This document shows positions 1-10,129 of a stretch of 64,000 bases of DNA, piece by piece. The DNA is from a virus (taxonomy: Duplodnaviria; Heunggongvirae; Uroviricota; Caudoviricetes), in the IMG/VR virus record IMGVR_UViG_2734482597_000010; one strand, written 5' to 3'. The position numbers and the translations under genes were made by a program. The notes below the pieces were generated by a model, which did not search any database, was not told where the DNA came from, and saw only the letters and a list, made by a program, of their open reading frames with translations. Every line of letters starts with the position of its first letter. Position 1 is the first letter of the stretch.

Positions 1-11
1 GTTCGTTTATT

Positions 12-161
12 TCATCGTTCGAGTGCTTCTTTTTCACTTCCACCATAACCGGTTCGGGATTCGCATCCGTTACACTTCGCTCGGTAATATCCTGAAATGG
101 CTTTCACCGTTACTGATGGACAACCACAAAATGGACATGGTTTAACATTGTCATATCTCAT
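12..161 (-). pseudogene. ralR: RalR/Lar restriction-alleviation DNase toxin, truncated by an in-frame TGA at codon 50 (K-12 allele is 64 codons)
   Basis: Minus-strand translation from ATG at 159-161 gives MRYDNVKPCPFCGCPSVTVKAISGYYRAKCNGCESRTGYGGSEKEALER then TGA at 12-14; the following in-frame codons read NKR, matching my recollection of K-12 RalR (..ERWNKRT..). Gene would otherwise run past the window start. Confidence 0.55.
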
Positions 162-216
162 AATTTTTCTCATAAAAATATTTCAAGTTGGCGGTGCATT
201 ACACCGCCAGGCTGAA

Positions 217-1026
217 TTATTCCTCTGAATTATCGATTACACTGTATTCCCCGGTTAATACAGAGGAATCTGCAGGATCGATTGTCAGTGGTTCCTTTTC
301 ATCCATTGATACTGCACGCTGGATCTCAATTGATACGGGCAGATATTTGAACAGGCGACGAATAGCCGTTTTCTTTGCCATTTCTTCCCAGTGAGTTACC
401 CACGGCCCGTTATTACCAGCTTTACTCTGGCTGCGCACCAGCTCAATCTGTTTGCGCGTCATAACTTCAAACTGAGTACCTCCGTCTTTCAGTCTTGCGA
501 CAGCATAGACGTGGGTAACAGGGGCATCTTCGTTTTCTCCTGGGCGGTGTATTAACTTTTCATCAAGGCCAAATTCGAAATTAAACTCGTCACCTTCACG
601 GACAACACGGGCTGACAGGCTGGCGATTTGACCTGAACGGCGAGCCAGATCAATCATGCCGCGATAGCCAATGATTAGCTGAACGTTTTTTTTACCGCTC
701 TTTTCGTTTTTATTACCAAAAGGCAGTAAATATGCATGACCGAGGGCGCTACCGGGCTCAAGTCCGAGCTGTGAACACTGTACGATTGCACTGACAAAAC
801 TCATAGTGTCACAGTTTCCTAACGCCGGAACTTTACGAATTTCTGTGGTGGCGATACGGATCATACGTTCAGCCGTCATATGGCGTGGAAGAGCTGCTGC
901 CAGTTGCTCTTTCATTGATGGCTGGTTAATAAAACTAATCACGTCGTTATTTTTAATTGCTGCTGGTGCACGGTTTCCCTGAGTTTTTTGCAGATCGGCT
1001 TTTGCGATTGGTGGTTGCTTAGTCAT
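217..1026 (-). CDS. recT: RecT single-strand annealing recombinase (269 aa)
   Basis: ORF 217..1083; from [28 protein letters not shown]... it matches K-12 RecT as I recall it; start chosen at the internal ATG giving 269 aa. Confidence 0.95.
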   Translation of the reverse strand: MTKQPPIAKADLQKTQGNRAPAAIKNNDVISFINQPSMKEQLAAALPRHMTAERMIRIATTEIRKVPALGNCDTMSFVSAIVQCSQLGLEPGSALGHAYLLPFGNKNEKSGKKNVQLIIGYRGMIDLARRSGQIASLSARVVREGDEFNFEFGLDEKLIHRPGENEDAPVTHVYAVARLKDGGTQFEVMTRKQIELVRSQSKAGNNGPWVTHWEEMAKKTAIRRLFKYLPVSIEIQRAVSMDEKEPLTIDPADSSVLTGEYSVIDNSEE

Positions 1027-3619
1027 TTGCATATTCCTTAGCCCAGCGGGGCAGTGATAACGTCTTAATAGCTGGCCATTCATCGGTATTGAGGCAGTCA
1101 GCCAGGGTTCGCAGATTGCGGTGATATTCCAGCTGACCTGCCAGTTTTGCTTCTTCGCCCATCATGAAAATTTCAACCGGATAACGTCCGCATTCAATAG
1201 TTGTGCTGGCAACCAGAAAAACGAAAGTTGGCTGCACTCCAAACTGTGCTTCATAACCGTCACTGTAGAATGCATCCTGAACGTGATAGCGGTAGTCGTA
1301 ATAAGCGGTTTTGAATCGTTGAATATCCGCCGTAGTTTTCACGTCCATGATCCAGTGAAATTCAGGGATAATTTTGTCCGGACGGCACCGACACAAAATT
1401 GCTGTTTCAGGATCTTCCCAGTAAATTGATGATTCAGCGTGTCCGGCGCTTTCAACAAGCCATTGCCCCAGCGGCAAAGCCATAACGCTCTGATACATGA
1501 GTTCAATTTTCCGGCCTTCTTCGGCAGTGATAACCGTTTTTCCTGTGCTTGCGCATTCCCTCAGAAACGCTTTCTCTTCTTCTTTTCCGGAGTTTGTCCG
1601 GCGGTTAAATTCAGGTGCTACGATAAAGCGGTTACTGAATTCTTCCGGCTCAAGTACCCGGCAGTGGAAAGCGGTTCCTAAATCGAGCGTTTTTGTCTTT
1701 GTGGTGTCCACGGGGGCATTTTTACGCCACAAATACAGTGCCGGAGTATCAGCAATGTCATCGAGCTGAGACTTACTGACACCGGGACCCGCGTGGTAAT
1801 TCTCATTCGAAATTCCGTAATAAATACCTGGCTCTATGTCTTCTACGATTACGGGATCTGCGACTTCGCCAGTTTCATCACTGCAATCGCGATGCGGATC
1901 GCTGCCAGCATTCTCATTGTGCGGATGTTCAGCGCCTTCCATTTCCTCCGGATCATTTTCCTTAGCTTCAACCTGACTCTCTTCATCGAATGTTTCCTGG
2001 TATGTTGCGTCGCCCATCACCGCACCACAGTCAGGGCAGTTATCCCCGCCAGTCTGGCCGCAGGCATTGCAGGCTATTTCCGGTTCCTGTTGCACTACTG
2101 GCTCAGGTTGATTCATATCCGGGCTGGTTTTTTCCGTTTCTGGCTGGTTCTGGTACACACAATCGCGAGTCTGGATCCCCTTTACCCATTTCGGATCGTT
2201 CGGGTCGCTAATTCCGTCAACAAATTCACCACGTGATGCAGCAAGCAATTTATCGGCATCGACAGGATTTTTTGATGGAATGTTTTTCCGGGCTTCATGG
2301 AGTTCTGCCCGCAGTTCCTGATATTTCGCATCAACAGAATTTACCTGTGACTGAGCATCCAGCGGCTGCGTGTCCTGATGATGTTCAGTTGCGTCCGGTT
2401 CCATTGTTTCAGCCTCTCCCTGTTCAACTGCCGTTGTTCCAGATGGTTGCGGTTTTTCTTCATCATCCTGTTTTCCTTCTTCTGTTACTCGCTGCGGCAT
2501 CGGGGCAGAGGAGCGACCGCAGGCAATATCCACGATTTCCGGATCAGGGTTGGCATGATCGGTTTCAGTCAGTACTTTGTTCAGATATTCAGTGACGTGC
2601 GCGGGGATGACCTCGATCCCAATTGGTGCTTCTTTTACGGACGCAACCACGATGGCGCGGGAATAATCCAGCCCGCCAGGCATGGTGATGAATTTGTCGC
2701 GGAAAACAGAAAAGGGCGGTTTATTTTCAGCGATAATTTCCTCAATGCGTTTAGCGTGTGCCGGATGAAGGTTATAGATGTCCAGATCCATTGAACGGGC
2801 CAGTACGCCAGTGGCTACGTCCCGCGCCAGTGACGTCAGATCGTGTACGAAACCTTCGCCGCGATCGGTGAGGTTTCCGCCGCCAGCATTAGCACCGGAA
2901 GCCGTGCGAGTGATGTGTGAAACACGATTACCCTTCATCCACTCTTTTGTCAGCAGTCCTCGATCGGTGTAGTCAGCGTTCAGGTATGCTTCGAAAAAAG
3001 CAGTTATCAGTCCCAGGTTTGAATTACCAGGATTAGGGAAAACTTTGTCAGTGTCACGAACCAGTTTGTGGAGTTCGCGAATTTCCAGCGGGTCGAGCAG
3101 GCTGGTTTTGTGGGAAACAGCCAGGGCAGTAACAGCCGGTAGTTCTTCAGCCCGAGCAATGTGTAATGCCTGGAGTCCGTCGCGTGAAACGTGCGTTACC
3201 GGTTTTTCGCTGCCGTGTTGAGCAAGCCAACGAATGGGCAGTTCCTGGCCAGAAATTGGGAGTAGCATATTCTCCTCAATCTCAGTCATGTCTTCGCCGT
3301 TGACGTTGGTATTGCCTTGATAGTGAGCGTTGTCTGGTGCTGCTCCCGGTTTTAGTTCCCATGTCATGGAGTCTTTGCTGAGTTGATAGCGTTCACTCCA
3401 GGTAAAATCGATCTCACCTTCAGCGGGCAGGTCATTAACGACAGGAAAATTCGTGGCAACAGCTTTAAAATAGCTGCTCAGTTTTTTACCTGACTTAACG
3501 ATCAGGTAGTCCAGAGTGGCACAGGTCGATTCAAAATCGTTGCTTGCCCACAGGACGACGTCAGGTTCACCGGATGATTTTTTCGCTTTCCGTAACAGGA
3601 AGAGTGGTTTTGTGCTCAT
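1019..3619 (-). CDS. recE: RecE exonuclease VIII (866 aa)
   Basis: 866-aa [27 protein letters not shown]... matching K-12 RecE in length and sequence; 8-nt overlap with recT start as in Rac. Confidence 0.95.
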   Translation of the reverse strand: MSTKPLFLLRKAKKSSGEPDVVLWASNDFESTCATLDYLIVKSGKKLSSYFKAVATNFPVVNDLPAEGEIDFTWSERYQLSKDSMTWELKPGAAPDNAHYQGNTNVNGEDMTEIEENMLLPISGQELPIRWLAQHGSEKPVTHVSRDGLQALHIARAEELPAVTALAVSHKTSLLDPLEIRELHKLVRDTDKVFPNPGNSNLGLITAFFEAYLNADYTDRGLLTKEWMKGNRVSHITRTASGANAGGGNLTDRGEGFVHDLTSLARDVATGVLARSMDLDIYNLHPAHAKRIEEIIAENKPPFSVFRDKFITMPGGLDYSRAIVVASVKEAPIGIEVIPAHVTEYLNKVLTETDHANPDPEIVDIACGRSSAPMPQRVTEEGKQDDEEKPQPSGTTAVEQGEAETMEPDATEHHQDTQPLDAQSQVNSVDAKYQELRAELHEARKNIPSKNPVDADKLLAASRGEFVDGISDPNDPKWVKGIQTRDCVYQNQPETEKTSPDMNQPEPVVQQEPEIACNACGQTGGDNCPDCGAVMGDATYQETFDEESQVEAKENDPEEMEGAEHPHNENAGSDPHRDCSDETGEVADPVIVEDIEPGIYYGISNENYHAGPGVSKSQLDDIADTPALYLWRKNAPVDTTKTKTLDLGTAFHCRVLEPEEFSNRFIVAPEFNRRTNSGKEEEKAFLRECASTGKTVITAEEGRKIELMYQSVMALPLGQWLVESAGHAESSIYWEDPETAILCRCRPDKIIPEFHWIMDVKTTADIQRFKTAYYDYRYHVQDAFYSDGYEAQFGVQPTFVFLVASTTIECGRYPVEIFMMGEEAKLAGQLEYHRNLRTLADCLNTDEWPAIKTLSLPRWAKEYAND

Positions 3620-3720
3620 TGTTTTTTAACCTCAACTCAGATTAAAATTCGTTTTGTTCAGTGAATGATCTTGCCGGATACACACTGTTCATAGCCTGCG
3701 CCATACGCAGGCTATTTCTT

Positions 3721-3996
3721 TCAGATTTCACCTTTTAATTTCATTGCAATTAGAGTTGCCAGAAATTCGGCTTTTTTTTCTGCGGGCAGATTCTTTCCGA
3801 TATGCACCAGGCACATTTTTTTGACACCTTCATCAAGTGTTTTTACGTTGCCTGATGGACCATCGATATCAACCACAGTGAATGGGGTTTCTTTATTTTC
3901 TGTTTTAATTACGTAGCCAATGCGCTTTCCTTCCAGATTCACCTCGTGAACAATGTCATCGGTAGTTACAACAGTGGCTTCATAATTGGTAATCAT
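3721..3996 (-). CDS. racC: RacC (91 aa)
   Basis: ORF 3721..4044; MITNYEATVVTTDDIVHEVNLEGKR... from internal ATG; AAGGAG RBS upstream on minus strand. Confidence 0.9.
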   Translation of the reverse strand: MITNYEATVVTTDDIVHEVNLEGKRIGYVIKTENKETPFTVVDIDGPSGNVKTLDEGVKKMCLVHIGKNLPAEKKAEFLATLIAMKLKGEI

Positions 3997-4070
3997 GTTT
4001 TTCTCCTTAATTAAGGTTGAGCGAATACCTGCCATTTCTGGCATAAATTCAGTTTCGAATAGTCAATTAA

Positions 4071-4247
4071 TTAAAGTTCATGTGCCATCTGGTCTTTTTC
4101 GGCACAAGCTTCACTGCAATATTTTCTCGGTTCGTCTTTTGATAAAATCCCGTGCATGAAGTGAAGCATTCTTTCAATAGCTTTGCTTTCTTCAACGTCT
4201 TTTTTGCAAAGGTGGTAAGCACATTTTATTTTCTTAGTCATCACCAT
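4071..4247 (-). CDS. ydaE: YdaE small Cys-rich (zinc-binding type) protein
   Basis: Hand-translated minus-strand ORF below the 60-aa track threshold: [58 protein letters not shown]; overlaps kilR stop as in Rac. Confidence 0.8.
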   Translation of the reverse strand: MVMTKKIKCAYHLCKKDVEESKAIERMLHFMHGILSKDEPRKYCSEACAEKDQMAHEL

Positions 4248-4462
4248 GACTCCGCCTTTACAGGTAAACCATCACGACCGAGGAAGACTTTAATCATGCG
4301 GTCAGTAATGCATGTTTTTGTGGTCAGGTTACGAATATATAGTTTTCGCTTTTTAATATTGTTTGCCGAGGCAATATATGTCCGGCCTTCATGAAGAACA
4401 TAATCGCCAGGAGTCACACACTGACGTGGTATTTCATCAGTTCCGAAGTGATGTGCAATCAT
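4241..4462 (-). CDS. kilR: KilR cell-division (FtsZ) inhibitor (73 aa)
   Basis: ORF 4241..4474; [32 protein letters not shown]... from internal ATG. Confidence 0.9.
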   Translation of the reverse strand: MIAHHFGTDEIPRQCVTPGDYVLHEGRTYIASANNIKKRKLYIRNLTTKTCITDRMIKVFLGRDGLPVKAESW

Positions 4463-4903
4463 AATTATCTCCATTTTTACAAATGAACTTTGTTGATGCG
4501 GTGCCTGGTGCCTCCAGGTGACTGCAACCAGTTAACAATTACAGTCGGCTTTCCCACCCAAACCAATAAGGACTAACATGACTTTTAACTGTGCCACGTG
4601 CGCTTAGCCGCATTCACCGCATCACAAAATTCACTTTAAAAAGGGCGGACATCAGCCGAACTTCAAGAAAAAAACTGATGCCGCCAGGACTACACACAGC
4701 AATGTCGTTATTTACAACCGGAGGCGCACTCCCACCATTTAAATTTAACAGACAAGACCGACTCTTTATGGATATCGGAAATGCGCCTTCGTGTTGTGCC
4801 CGGTTTTATTTCACCACCTCCGGGCTTCGGTGGTCTCGGCTATACCCCTACAGCGAGAGCTTGTGTTAACATTTCAATACCCTTACAGTTGAGAGTTATT
4901 GAT

Positions 4904-5392
4904 ATGTTGGATGTATTTACTCCATTGTTGAAACTTTTTGCTAACGAGCCACTCGAAATACTTATGTATACGATTATCATTTTTGGTCTCACTCTCTGGC
5001 TGATACCGAAAGAGTTTACTGTCGCATTCAATGCTTATACTGAAATACCTTGGCTCTTTCAGATTATCGTTTTTGCCTTTTCTTTCGTGGTCGCCATTTC
5101 CTTCTCAAGATTGCGAGCACATATTCAAAAGCATTATTCATTACTACCAGAGCAACGAGTATTGCTTCGTTTATCTGAGAAAGAAATCGCTGTATTTAAA
5201 GATTTCCTTAAAACAGGAAATCTTATTATCACTTCTCCTTGCCGTAACCCGGTTATGAAAAAATTAGAACGGAAGGGCATCATTCAACATCAGAGTGATA
5301 GCGCAAACTGTTCTTATTATCTCGTCACCGAAAAATACTCCCATTTTATGAAGTTATTCTGGAACAGCAGGAGTAGACGTTTTAATCGTTAG
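4904..5392 (+). CDS. sieB: SieB superinfection exclusion protein (162 aa)
   Basis: ORF 4781..5392; start taken at MLDVFTPLLKLFANEPLE...; two hydrophobic segments. Confidence 0.9.
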   Translation: MLDVFTPLLKLFANEPLEILMYTIIIFGLTLWLIPKEFTVAFNAYTEIPWLFQIIVFAFSFVVAISFSRLRAHIQKHYSLLPEQRVLLRLSEKEIAVFKDFLKTGNLIITSPCRNPVMKKLERKGIIQHQSDSANCSYYLVTEKYSHFMKLFWNSRSRRFNR

Positions 5393-5554
5393 CTTACTGT
5401 GTGCTTCTCCAACCATCGGCGCGCACCAGTTTCGGTTTTAAATGTTTTGCTTTTGGTATACGTCATGGCAGTGAACGTTCCATCCTGGTTGGGGAACACG
5501 CCGCACACCAGGGATTCGTTGTTGCCGAGGTCGATTTTTTGCATTTTGCGAATC

Positions 5555-5689
5555 TCACATCTTGTTGCTGTGTATAGCGACTTCTGCCTGCCAGAGATCC
5601 CAGTCGTTGCTGCGTAAAGCCTGCACAGCCTGGTTGTAAGTGATACCGCAACAATCCATCAAATACTGAACTACTTCGTAATGCACCAT
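5555..5689 (-). CDS. ydaG: YdaG small protein (44 aa)
   Basis: ORF 5555..5737; MVHYEVVQYLMDCCGITYNQAVQALRSNDWDLWQAEVAIHSNKM from internal ATG. Confidence 0.75.
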   Translation of the reverse strand: MVHYEVVQYLMDCCGITYNQAVQALRSNDWDLWQAEVAIHSNKM

Positions 5690-5880
5690 CTTATCTCTCC
5701 CCTTAACGCCGGGTGGCGGAACTGAAACCTGCTGCACTGCAAAATCTGAACCCTGCCGTCATGTTCATACGCCTCGGGCTGGCTACTTAACCCCTGACCA
5801 CTGCCTGGTAACTCGAAGTATTGCCCTGCGTTCTGTGGGGCGGGGTGGGTTGGTAGGTATATAATGTACTTTGTGTTCAT
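5671..5880 (-). CDS. ydaF: YdaF-like small protein (ORF is 69 aa; K-12 annotation is shorter)
   Basis: ORF MNTKYIIYLPTHPAPQNAGQYFELPGSG...; position between ydaG and racR; exact start uncertain. Confidence 0.5.
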   Translation of the reverse strand: MNTKYIIYLPTHPAPQNAGQYFELPGSGQGLSSQPEAYEHDGRVQILQCSRFQFRHPALRGEIRWCITK

Positions 5881-5979
5881 TGATGTAAAGTACTATAAGT
5901 ACATTTTGTGTGTAAAAAAATGAGATGGGATAAAGTGAAGCACAAACCCGGAGGGGGACGCTACCGGATTTATGCTGGT

Positions 5980-6417
5980 TTAAGAGGCTTTTTGTTTTTT
6001 CTTTCGTGCTAGCTCTTCGTAAATTGCATTGTACTTCTGTTTTTTCTCCTCAAGAGTTTTTAAAAGTTCATCTGTCTCACTGTCAGGGAGCTCGTCCAGA
6101 AGGTCAATGATGATTTTTTGTCTTGGATTTAACTCCTGATAGAAACGTACCTGTCCACTTTCTTCTGTATCCTCTCCCAAAAGATAGGTTGGTGTTGTTC
6201 CAATGAGTGTTGCTAATTCCCTTAATTTCTCTCGGCGAGGAATTGTTTCGCCATTAAACCATTTGCTAACCGCTTTTGGTGTTAATTTCATTCGACGGGC
6301 AATTTCTGCCTGCCTTCCATGTTGTTCATAACCAGCGTTTTCACAGGCTAGCGCAAGCCTACTGGCGAACTCTTTACGCGCTTTATCTTCATGAACCATA
6401 AGTTCAATGATATTCAC
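5980..6417 (-). CDS. racR: RacR-like cI-type HTH repressor
   Basis: 145-aa ORF (GTG start; ATG at 6397-6399 is an alternative) with HTH segment RQAEIARRMKLTPKAVSKWFNGETIP; divergent from ydaS as in Rac immunity region. Confidence 0.65.
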   Translation of the reverse strand: MNIIELMVHEDKARKEFASRLALACENAGYEQHGRQAEIARRMKLTPKAVSKWFNGETIPRREKLRELATLIGTTPTYLLGEDTEESGQVRFYQELNPRQKIIIDLLDELPDSETDELLKTLEEKKQKYNAIYEELARKKKQKAS

Positions 6418-6478
6418 TCTTGAATGTACTGTCAGTTCTGTTATAGCATGTACTCAAAGTTCACATTGTGAGGGTGAT

Positions 6479-6733
6479 ATGAACCAGAAAACACTTGAAG
6501 ATGTAATCAAAACTGTTCGCGTTTCTGTTGTGGCCGACGTTTGTGGTGTCAGCCAAAGAGCAATCTACAAATGGATGGATAACGGAAAATTGCCTCGCAC
6601 AGAATATACCGGCGAAACAAATTACGCTGAAAAAATCGCTCATGCATCAAACGGATTATTTTCTGCTGATGTAATTTTAACTATTGGCAGAAATAAAACT
6701 ACTACGAAAAAGCTGATGGGAGTTGATTCATGA
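6479..6733 (+). CDS. ydaS: YdaS Cro-like HTH protein
   Basis: MNQKTLEDVIKTVRVSVVADVCGVSQRAIYKWMDNGKL...; GAGGGTGA RBS 4-8 nt upstream; the longer track ORF (6407) would overlap the racR start. Confidence 0.8.
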   Translation: MNQKTLEDVIKTVRVSVVADVCGVSQRAIYKWMDNGKLPRTEYTGETNYAEKIAHASNGLFSADVILTIGRNKTTTKKLMGVDS

Positions 6734-7152
6734 AAATCAAGCATGAGCACATCGAGTCAGTGTTGTTAGCCCTGGCAGCCGAAAAAGGGCAGGCATGGGT
6801 AGCCAATGCCATTACTGAAGAATATCTGCGCCAGGGGGGCGGCGAATTGCCCCTGGTACCAGGCAAGGACTGGAATAATCAGCAGAATATCTATCACCGT
6901 TGGTTGAAAGGTGAAACGAAAACGCAAAGAGAAAAAATTCAGAAGCTGATCCCAGCAATTCTGGCAATCCTTCCGCGCGAGCTGCGTCACCGACTCTGCA
7001 TCTTCGATACCCTGGAACGCCGTGCATTACTGGCGGCGCAGGAAGCGTTAAGTACGGCAATTGATGCGCATGATGATGCAGTCCAAGCCGTTTACCGGAA
7101 AGCGCATTTCAGCGGCGGCGGGTCTTCCGACGATTCTGTCATTGTTCATTAA
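6730..7152 (+). CDS. ydaT: YdaT (140 aa)
   Basis: 140-aa ORF MKIKHEHIESVLLALAAEKGQAWV...; ATGA overlap with ydaS stop. Confidence 0.85.
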   Translation: MKIKHEHIESVLLALAAEKGQAWVANAITEEYLRQGGGELPLVPGKDWNNQQNIYHRWLKGETKTQREKIQKLIPAILAILPRELRHRLCIFDTLERRALLAAQEALSTAIDAHDDAVQAVYRKAHFSGGGSSDDSVIVH

Positions 7153-7164
7153 GCAAAAGTTTCC

Positions 7165-8022
7165 ATGCTGTTTGTGCTTATTCTAAGCCACCGGGCAGCA
7201 TCATACGGGGCAATTATGGCCGCATTACCATACATGCAACTGTACATAGCTGATTACCTGGCTGACACCATGCATTTGTCAGCAGAGGAGCATGGTGCGT
7301 ATTTGTTGCTGATGTTCAATTACTGGCAAACAGGAAAGCCAATACCTAAAAACAGGCTGGCAAAAATTGCCCGTCTGACTAACGAGCGATGGGCTGATGT
7401 TGAACCATCCTTGCAGGAGTTTTTTTGCGATAACGGCGAGGAATGGGTGCATCTTCGGATTGAGGAAGATCTGGCATCAGTCAGGGAAAAATTAACCAAA
7501 AAATCAGCCGCAGGAAAAGCATCTGTTCAGGCCAGAAGAAGCAGAAAGGAAGCAGATGTTCAAACAAAACAAGAGAGAAATTTAACAGGTGTTCAAACAG
7601 ATGTTGAAGTGGTGTTTGAACATGATGTCAACACAAAGGCAACTAATAAAGATACAGATAAAGATCTAAAAACAGATCCCCCCCTAAATCCCCCCCGGGG
7701 GAATCGAGGTGTCAAAAAGTTTGACCCTCTGGATATTGCTTTGCCGAACTGGATTTCTGTCTCGCTTTGGCGTGAGTGGGTTGAATTTCGCCAGGCATTG
7801 CGAAAACCGATTCGAACGGAGCAGGGCGCTAACGGGGCGATACGGGAGCTGGAAAAATTCCGCCAGCAGGGTTTTTCACCTGAGCAGGTGATTCGACACA
7901 GCATCGCCAATGAATACCAGGGCTTGTTCGCGCCGAAAGGTGTTCGACCTGAGACGTTACTCCGACAGGTTAACACCGTCTCGTTACCGGATAGTGCGAT
8001 CCCGCCAGGCTTCAGGGGGTAA
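7165..8022 (+). CDS. ydaU: YdaU replication-initiation-like protein (285 aa)
   Basis: 285-aa ORF in the O-gene position of the replication module; length matches K-12 YdaU. Confidence 0.8.
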   Translation: MLFVLILSHRAASYGAIMAALPYMQLYIADYLADTMHLSAEEHGAYLLLMFNYWQTGKPIPKNRLAKIARLTNERWADVEPSLQEFFCDNGEEWVHLRIEEDLASVREKLTKKSAAGKASVQARRSRKEADVQTKQERNLTGVQTDVEVVFEHDVNTKATNKDTDKDLKTDPPLNPPRGNRGVKKFDPLDIALPNWISVSLWREWVEFRQALRKPIRTEQGANGAIRELEKFRQQGFSPEQVIRHSIANEYQGLFAPKGVRPETLLRQVNTVSLPDSAIPPGFRG

Positions 8023-8028
8023 CTGACC

Positions 8029-8775
8029 ATGAAAAATATTGCGACAGGCGACGTTCTTGAACGTATCCGCAGACTGGCCCCGTCACATGTAACCGCGCCA
8101 TTCAAGACGGTAGCGGAGTGGCGCGAGTGGCAACTTTCCGAAGGCCAGAAACGTTGTGAGGAGATCAACCGTCAGAATCGTCAGTTGCGGGTGGAAAAAA
8201 TTCTGAATCGCTCTGGCATCCAGCCATTGCACCGCAAATGCTCGTTTTCGAATTACCAGGTGCAGAACGAAGCGCAGCGATACGCGTTGAGTCAGGCGAA
8301 ATCCATCGCTGATGAACTGATGANNNNNNNNNNNNNNNNNNNNNNNNNNNNNNNNNNNNNNNNNNNNNNNNNNNNNNNNNNNNNNNNNNNNNNNNNNNNN
8401 NNNNNNNNNNNNNNNNNNNNNNNNNNNNNNNNNNNNNNNNNNNNNNNNNNNNNNNNNNNNNNNNNNNNNNNNNNNNNNNNNNNNNNNNNNNNNNNNNNNN
8501 NNNNNNNNNNNNNNNNNNNNNNNNNNNNNNNNNNNNNNNNNNNNNNNNNNNNNNNNNNNNNNNNNNNNNNNNNGGTGGTGCTGCACCAGATTGTTGATCG
8601 CCGGACAGCGTCGATGCGCAGCGTGGGGATGCTGACAAACCTGAACTATGAGGCCATGAAAACATTGCTCGGCGAGCGGATTATGGATCGCATGACCATG
8701 AACGGCGGGCGATGGGTGAATTTTAACTGGGAGAGCTGGCGTCCGAATGTCGTCCAGCCAGGAATTGAGAAGTAA
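8029..8775 (+). CDS. ydaV: YdaV DnaC-like helicase loader (interrupted by N run 8324-8573)
   Basis: 248-codon [37 protein letters not shown]...; P-gene position; central 250 nt are N. Confidence 0.8.
   Translation: MKNIATGDVLERIRRLAPSHVTAPFKTVAEWREWQLSEGQKRCEEINRQNRQLRVEKILNRSGIQPLHRKCSFSNYQVQNEAQRYALSQAKSIADELMXXXXXXXXXXXXXXXXXXXXXXXXXXXXXXXXXXXXXXXXXXXXXXXXXXXXXXXXXXXXXXXXXXXXXXXXXXXXXXXXXXXXVVLHQIVDRRTASMRSVGMLTNLNYEAMKTLLGERIMDRMTMNGGRWVNFNWESWRPNVVQPGIEK
8324..8573. other. assembly gap (250 N) inside ydaV
   Basis: Run of N. Confidence 1.
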
Positions 8776-8797
8776 TTTTTACCGGGAGGAAATTTTT

Positions 8798-9559
8798 ATG
8801 GAGACTGTTTTTGACGCACTGAAAGCAATGGGAAAAGCCACATCCATAGAACTTGCTGCGCGACTTGATATCAGTCGTGAAGAAGTGCTGAACGAACTAT
8901 GGGAACTGAAAAAAGCTGGTTTCGTTGATAAAAGCGCGTACACCTGGCGTGTGGCTGATAACAACGTTCAGCAGGAACAGCCAATGCAGGCAGAACTGCC
9001 GGAAGAAACCACCACGGCAACTGTAGTGAAAATCTCAGAGTGCGATTTAACCGCGACGATTGAACAACGCGGACCACAAACGGCGGATGAACTGGCTACG
9101 CTGTTCGGTACAACATCCCGCAAAGTTGCTTCAACGCTGGCAATGGCAATCAGCAAAGGACGCCTGATTCGCGTAAACCAGAACAGTAAATTTCGTTACT
9201 GCATGCCGGGCGATAATTTACCAGCAGAGCCGAAAGCTGCATCGGTAGCGGAAACTGATGGTAAAGCCTTTCCTCAGCCAGCCGGTGTTGCGTTACCAGT
9301 ACAGGAAGCGGCAACACAGGAAGATATTAAAACAGAAACTGTGGCGGACATTGTGCAGTCGCTGCCATCGTTTACTGAAACGCAAGCGGATGACCTAGTT
9401 TTACCATCGCTGCATATGGCAAACCGCGAACTGCGTCGGGCGAAAAATCATGTCCAGAAGTGGGAGCGAGTCTGCGCCGCGCTGCGGGAGCTGAACAAGC
9501 ACCGGGATATTGTCCGACAGATTGTCGATTCCTCCAGTCGTATTGTGTCGGAAAAGTGA
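8798..9559 (+). CDS. ydaW: YdaW-like protein, apparently full length (K-12 copy is a truncated pseudogene)
   Basis: Start at [13 protein letters not shown]... preceded by GGGAGG RBS; 253 aa. Confidence 0.6.
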   Translation: METVFDALKAMGKATSIELAARLDISREEVLNELWELKKAGFVDKSAYTWRVADNNVQQEQPMQAELPEETTTATVVKISECDLTATIEQRGPQTADELATLFGTTSRKVASTLAMAISKGRLIRVNQNSKFRYCMPGDNLPAEPKAASVAETDGKAFPQPAGVALPVQEAATQEDIKTETVADIVQSLPSFTETQADDLVLPSLHMANRELRRAKNHVQKWERVCAALRELNKHRDIVRQIVDSSSRIVSEK

Positions 9560-9574
9560 TTGCCGGAGGCGCTT

Positions 9575-9991
9575 ATGGCAAAAGTTTTTACACAGGAAGA
9601 GCGTGAAAAAATTAAGGAGCAGGTTGTTGAGTTGGTACGCCAGAGTGGGCGCGAGACGTTAAGGCAACTGGAGGCCAAGACAGGTGCGACAAGATATCTG
9701 ATGAGCATTCTTGCCAGAGAGTTGGTTGCCAGTGGCGATGTATACAACTCTGGCTATGGGTTATTCCCGTCTGAACAGGCTCGTAAGGATTGGAAAAACG
9801 CCCGCAAAAAACTATCCAGGGCAAAGGTGAAAAAAACGGTTGTGGTTGATCCTGACCTTATCTGGTCATTACCAGACGGAGAAATACGCCGCTATGACAG
9901 GCGTCAGAACATAATCTGTCGCGAGTGCCGGAAGAGTGAAGTTATGAAACGTGTACTGGCATTTTATCAAGGAAATCTTCGGTATTTATAG
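9575..9991 (+). CDS. hypothetical protein (138 aa, single CxxC near C-terminus)
   Basis: ORF with GGAGG RBS 5 nt upstream of ATG at 9575; no family recognised. Confidence 0.45.
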   Translation: MAKVFTQEEREKIKEQVVELVRQSGRETLRQLEAKTGATRYLMSILARELVASGDVYNSGYGLFPSEQARKDWKNARKKLSRAKVKKTVVVDPDLIWSLPDGEIRRYDRRQNIICRECRKSEVMKRVLAFYQGNLRYL

Positions 9992-10129
9992 ACGTTACTA
10001 GATCAAAGAGCATTAGTTCATATGTAAATTGACATTTTTCTGGCACAGGGGAGAGCTAGCGTGGTTGTCCGCTTTGTGCCAATAGCGGACATTGCTGGCT
10101 CATGGTATGTTAGTTTAAGGAGGCAGGTT

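Noticed and set aside
6461-6471. CRP binding site interpretation of the TGTGA motif
   Set aside because: CRP sites are TGTGA-N6-TCACA; here the half-sites are inverted and separated by one base, so a phage repressor operator is more plausible.
6407-6478. Extended ydaS start at 6407
   Set aside because: Would overlap the divergent racR start codon and the operator-like region; the ATG at 6479 has a good RBS.
10061-10129. Longest-ORF GTG start (10061) for cargo gene A
   Set aside because: No RBS precedes it, whereas ATG 10130 has AAGGAGG and GTG 10190 has AAGGGAG; the extension is probably untranslated leader.
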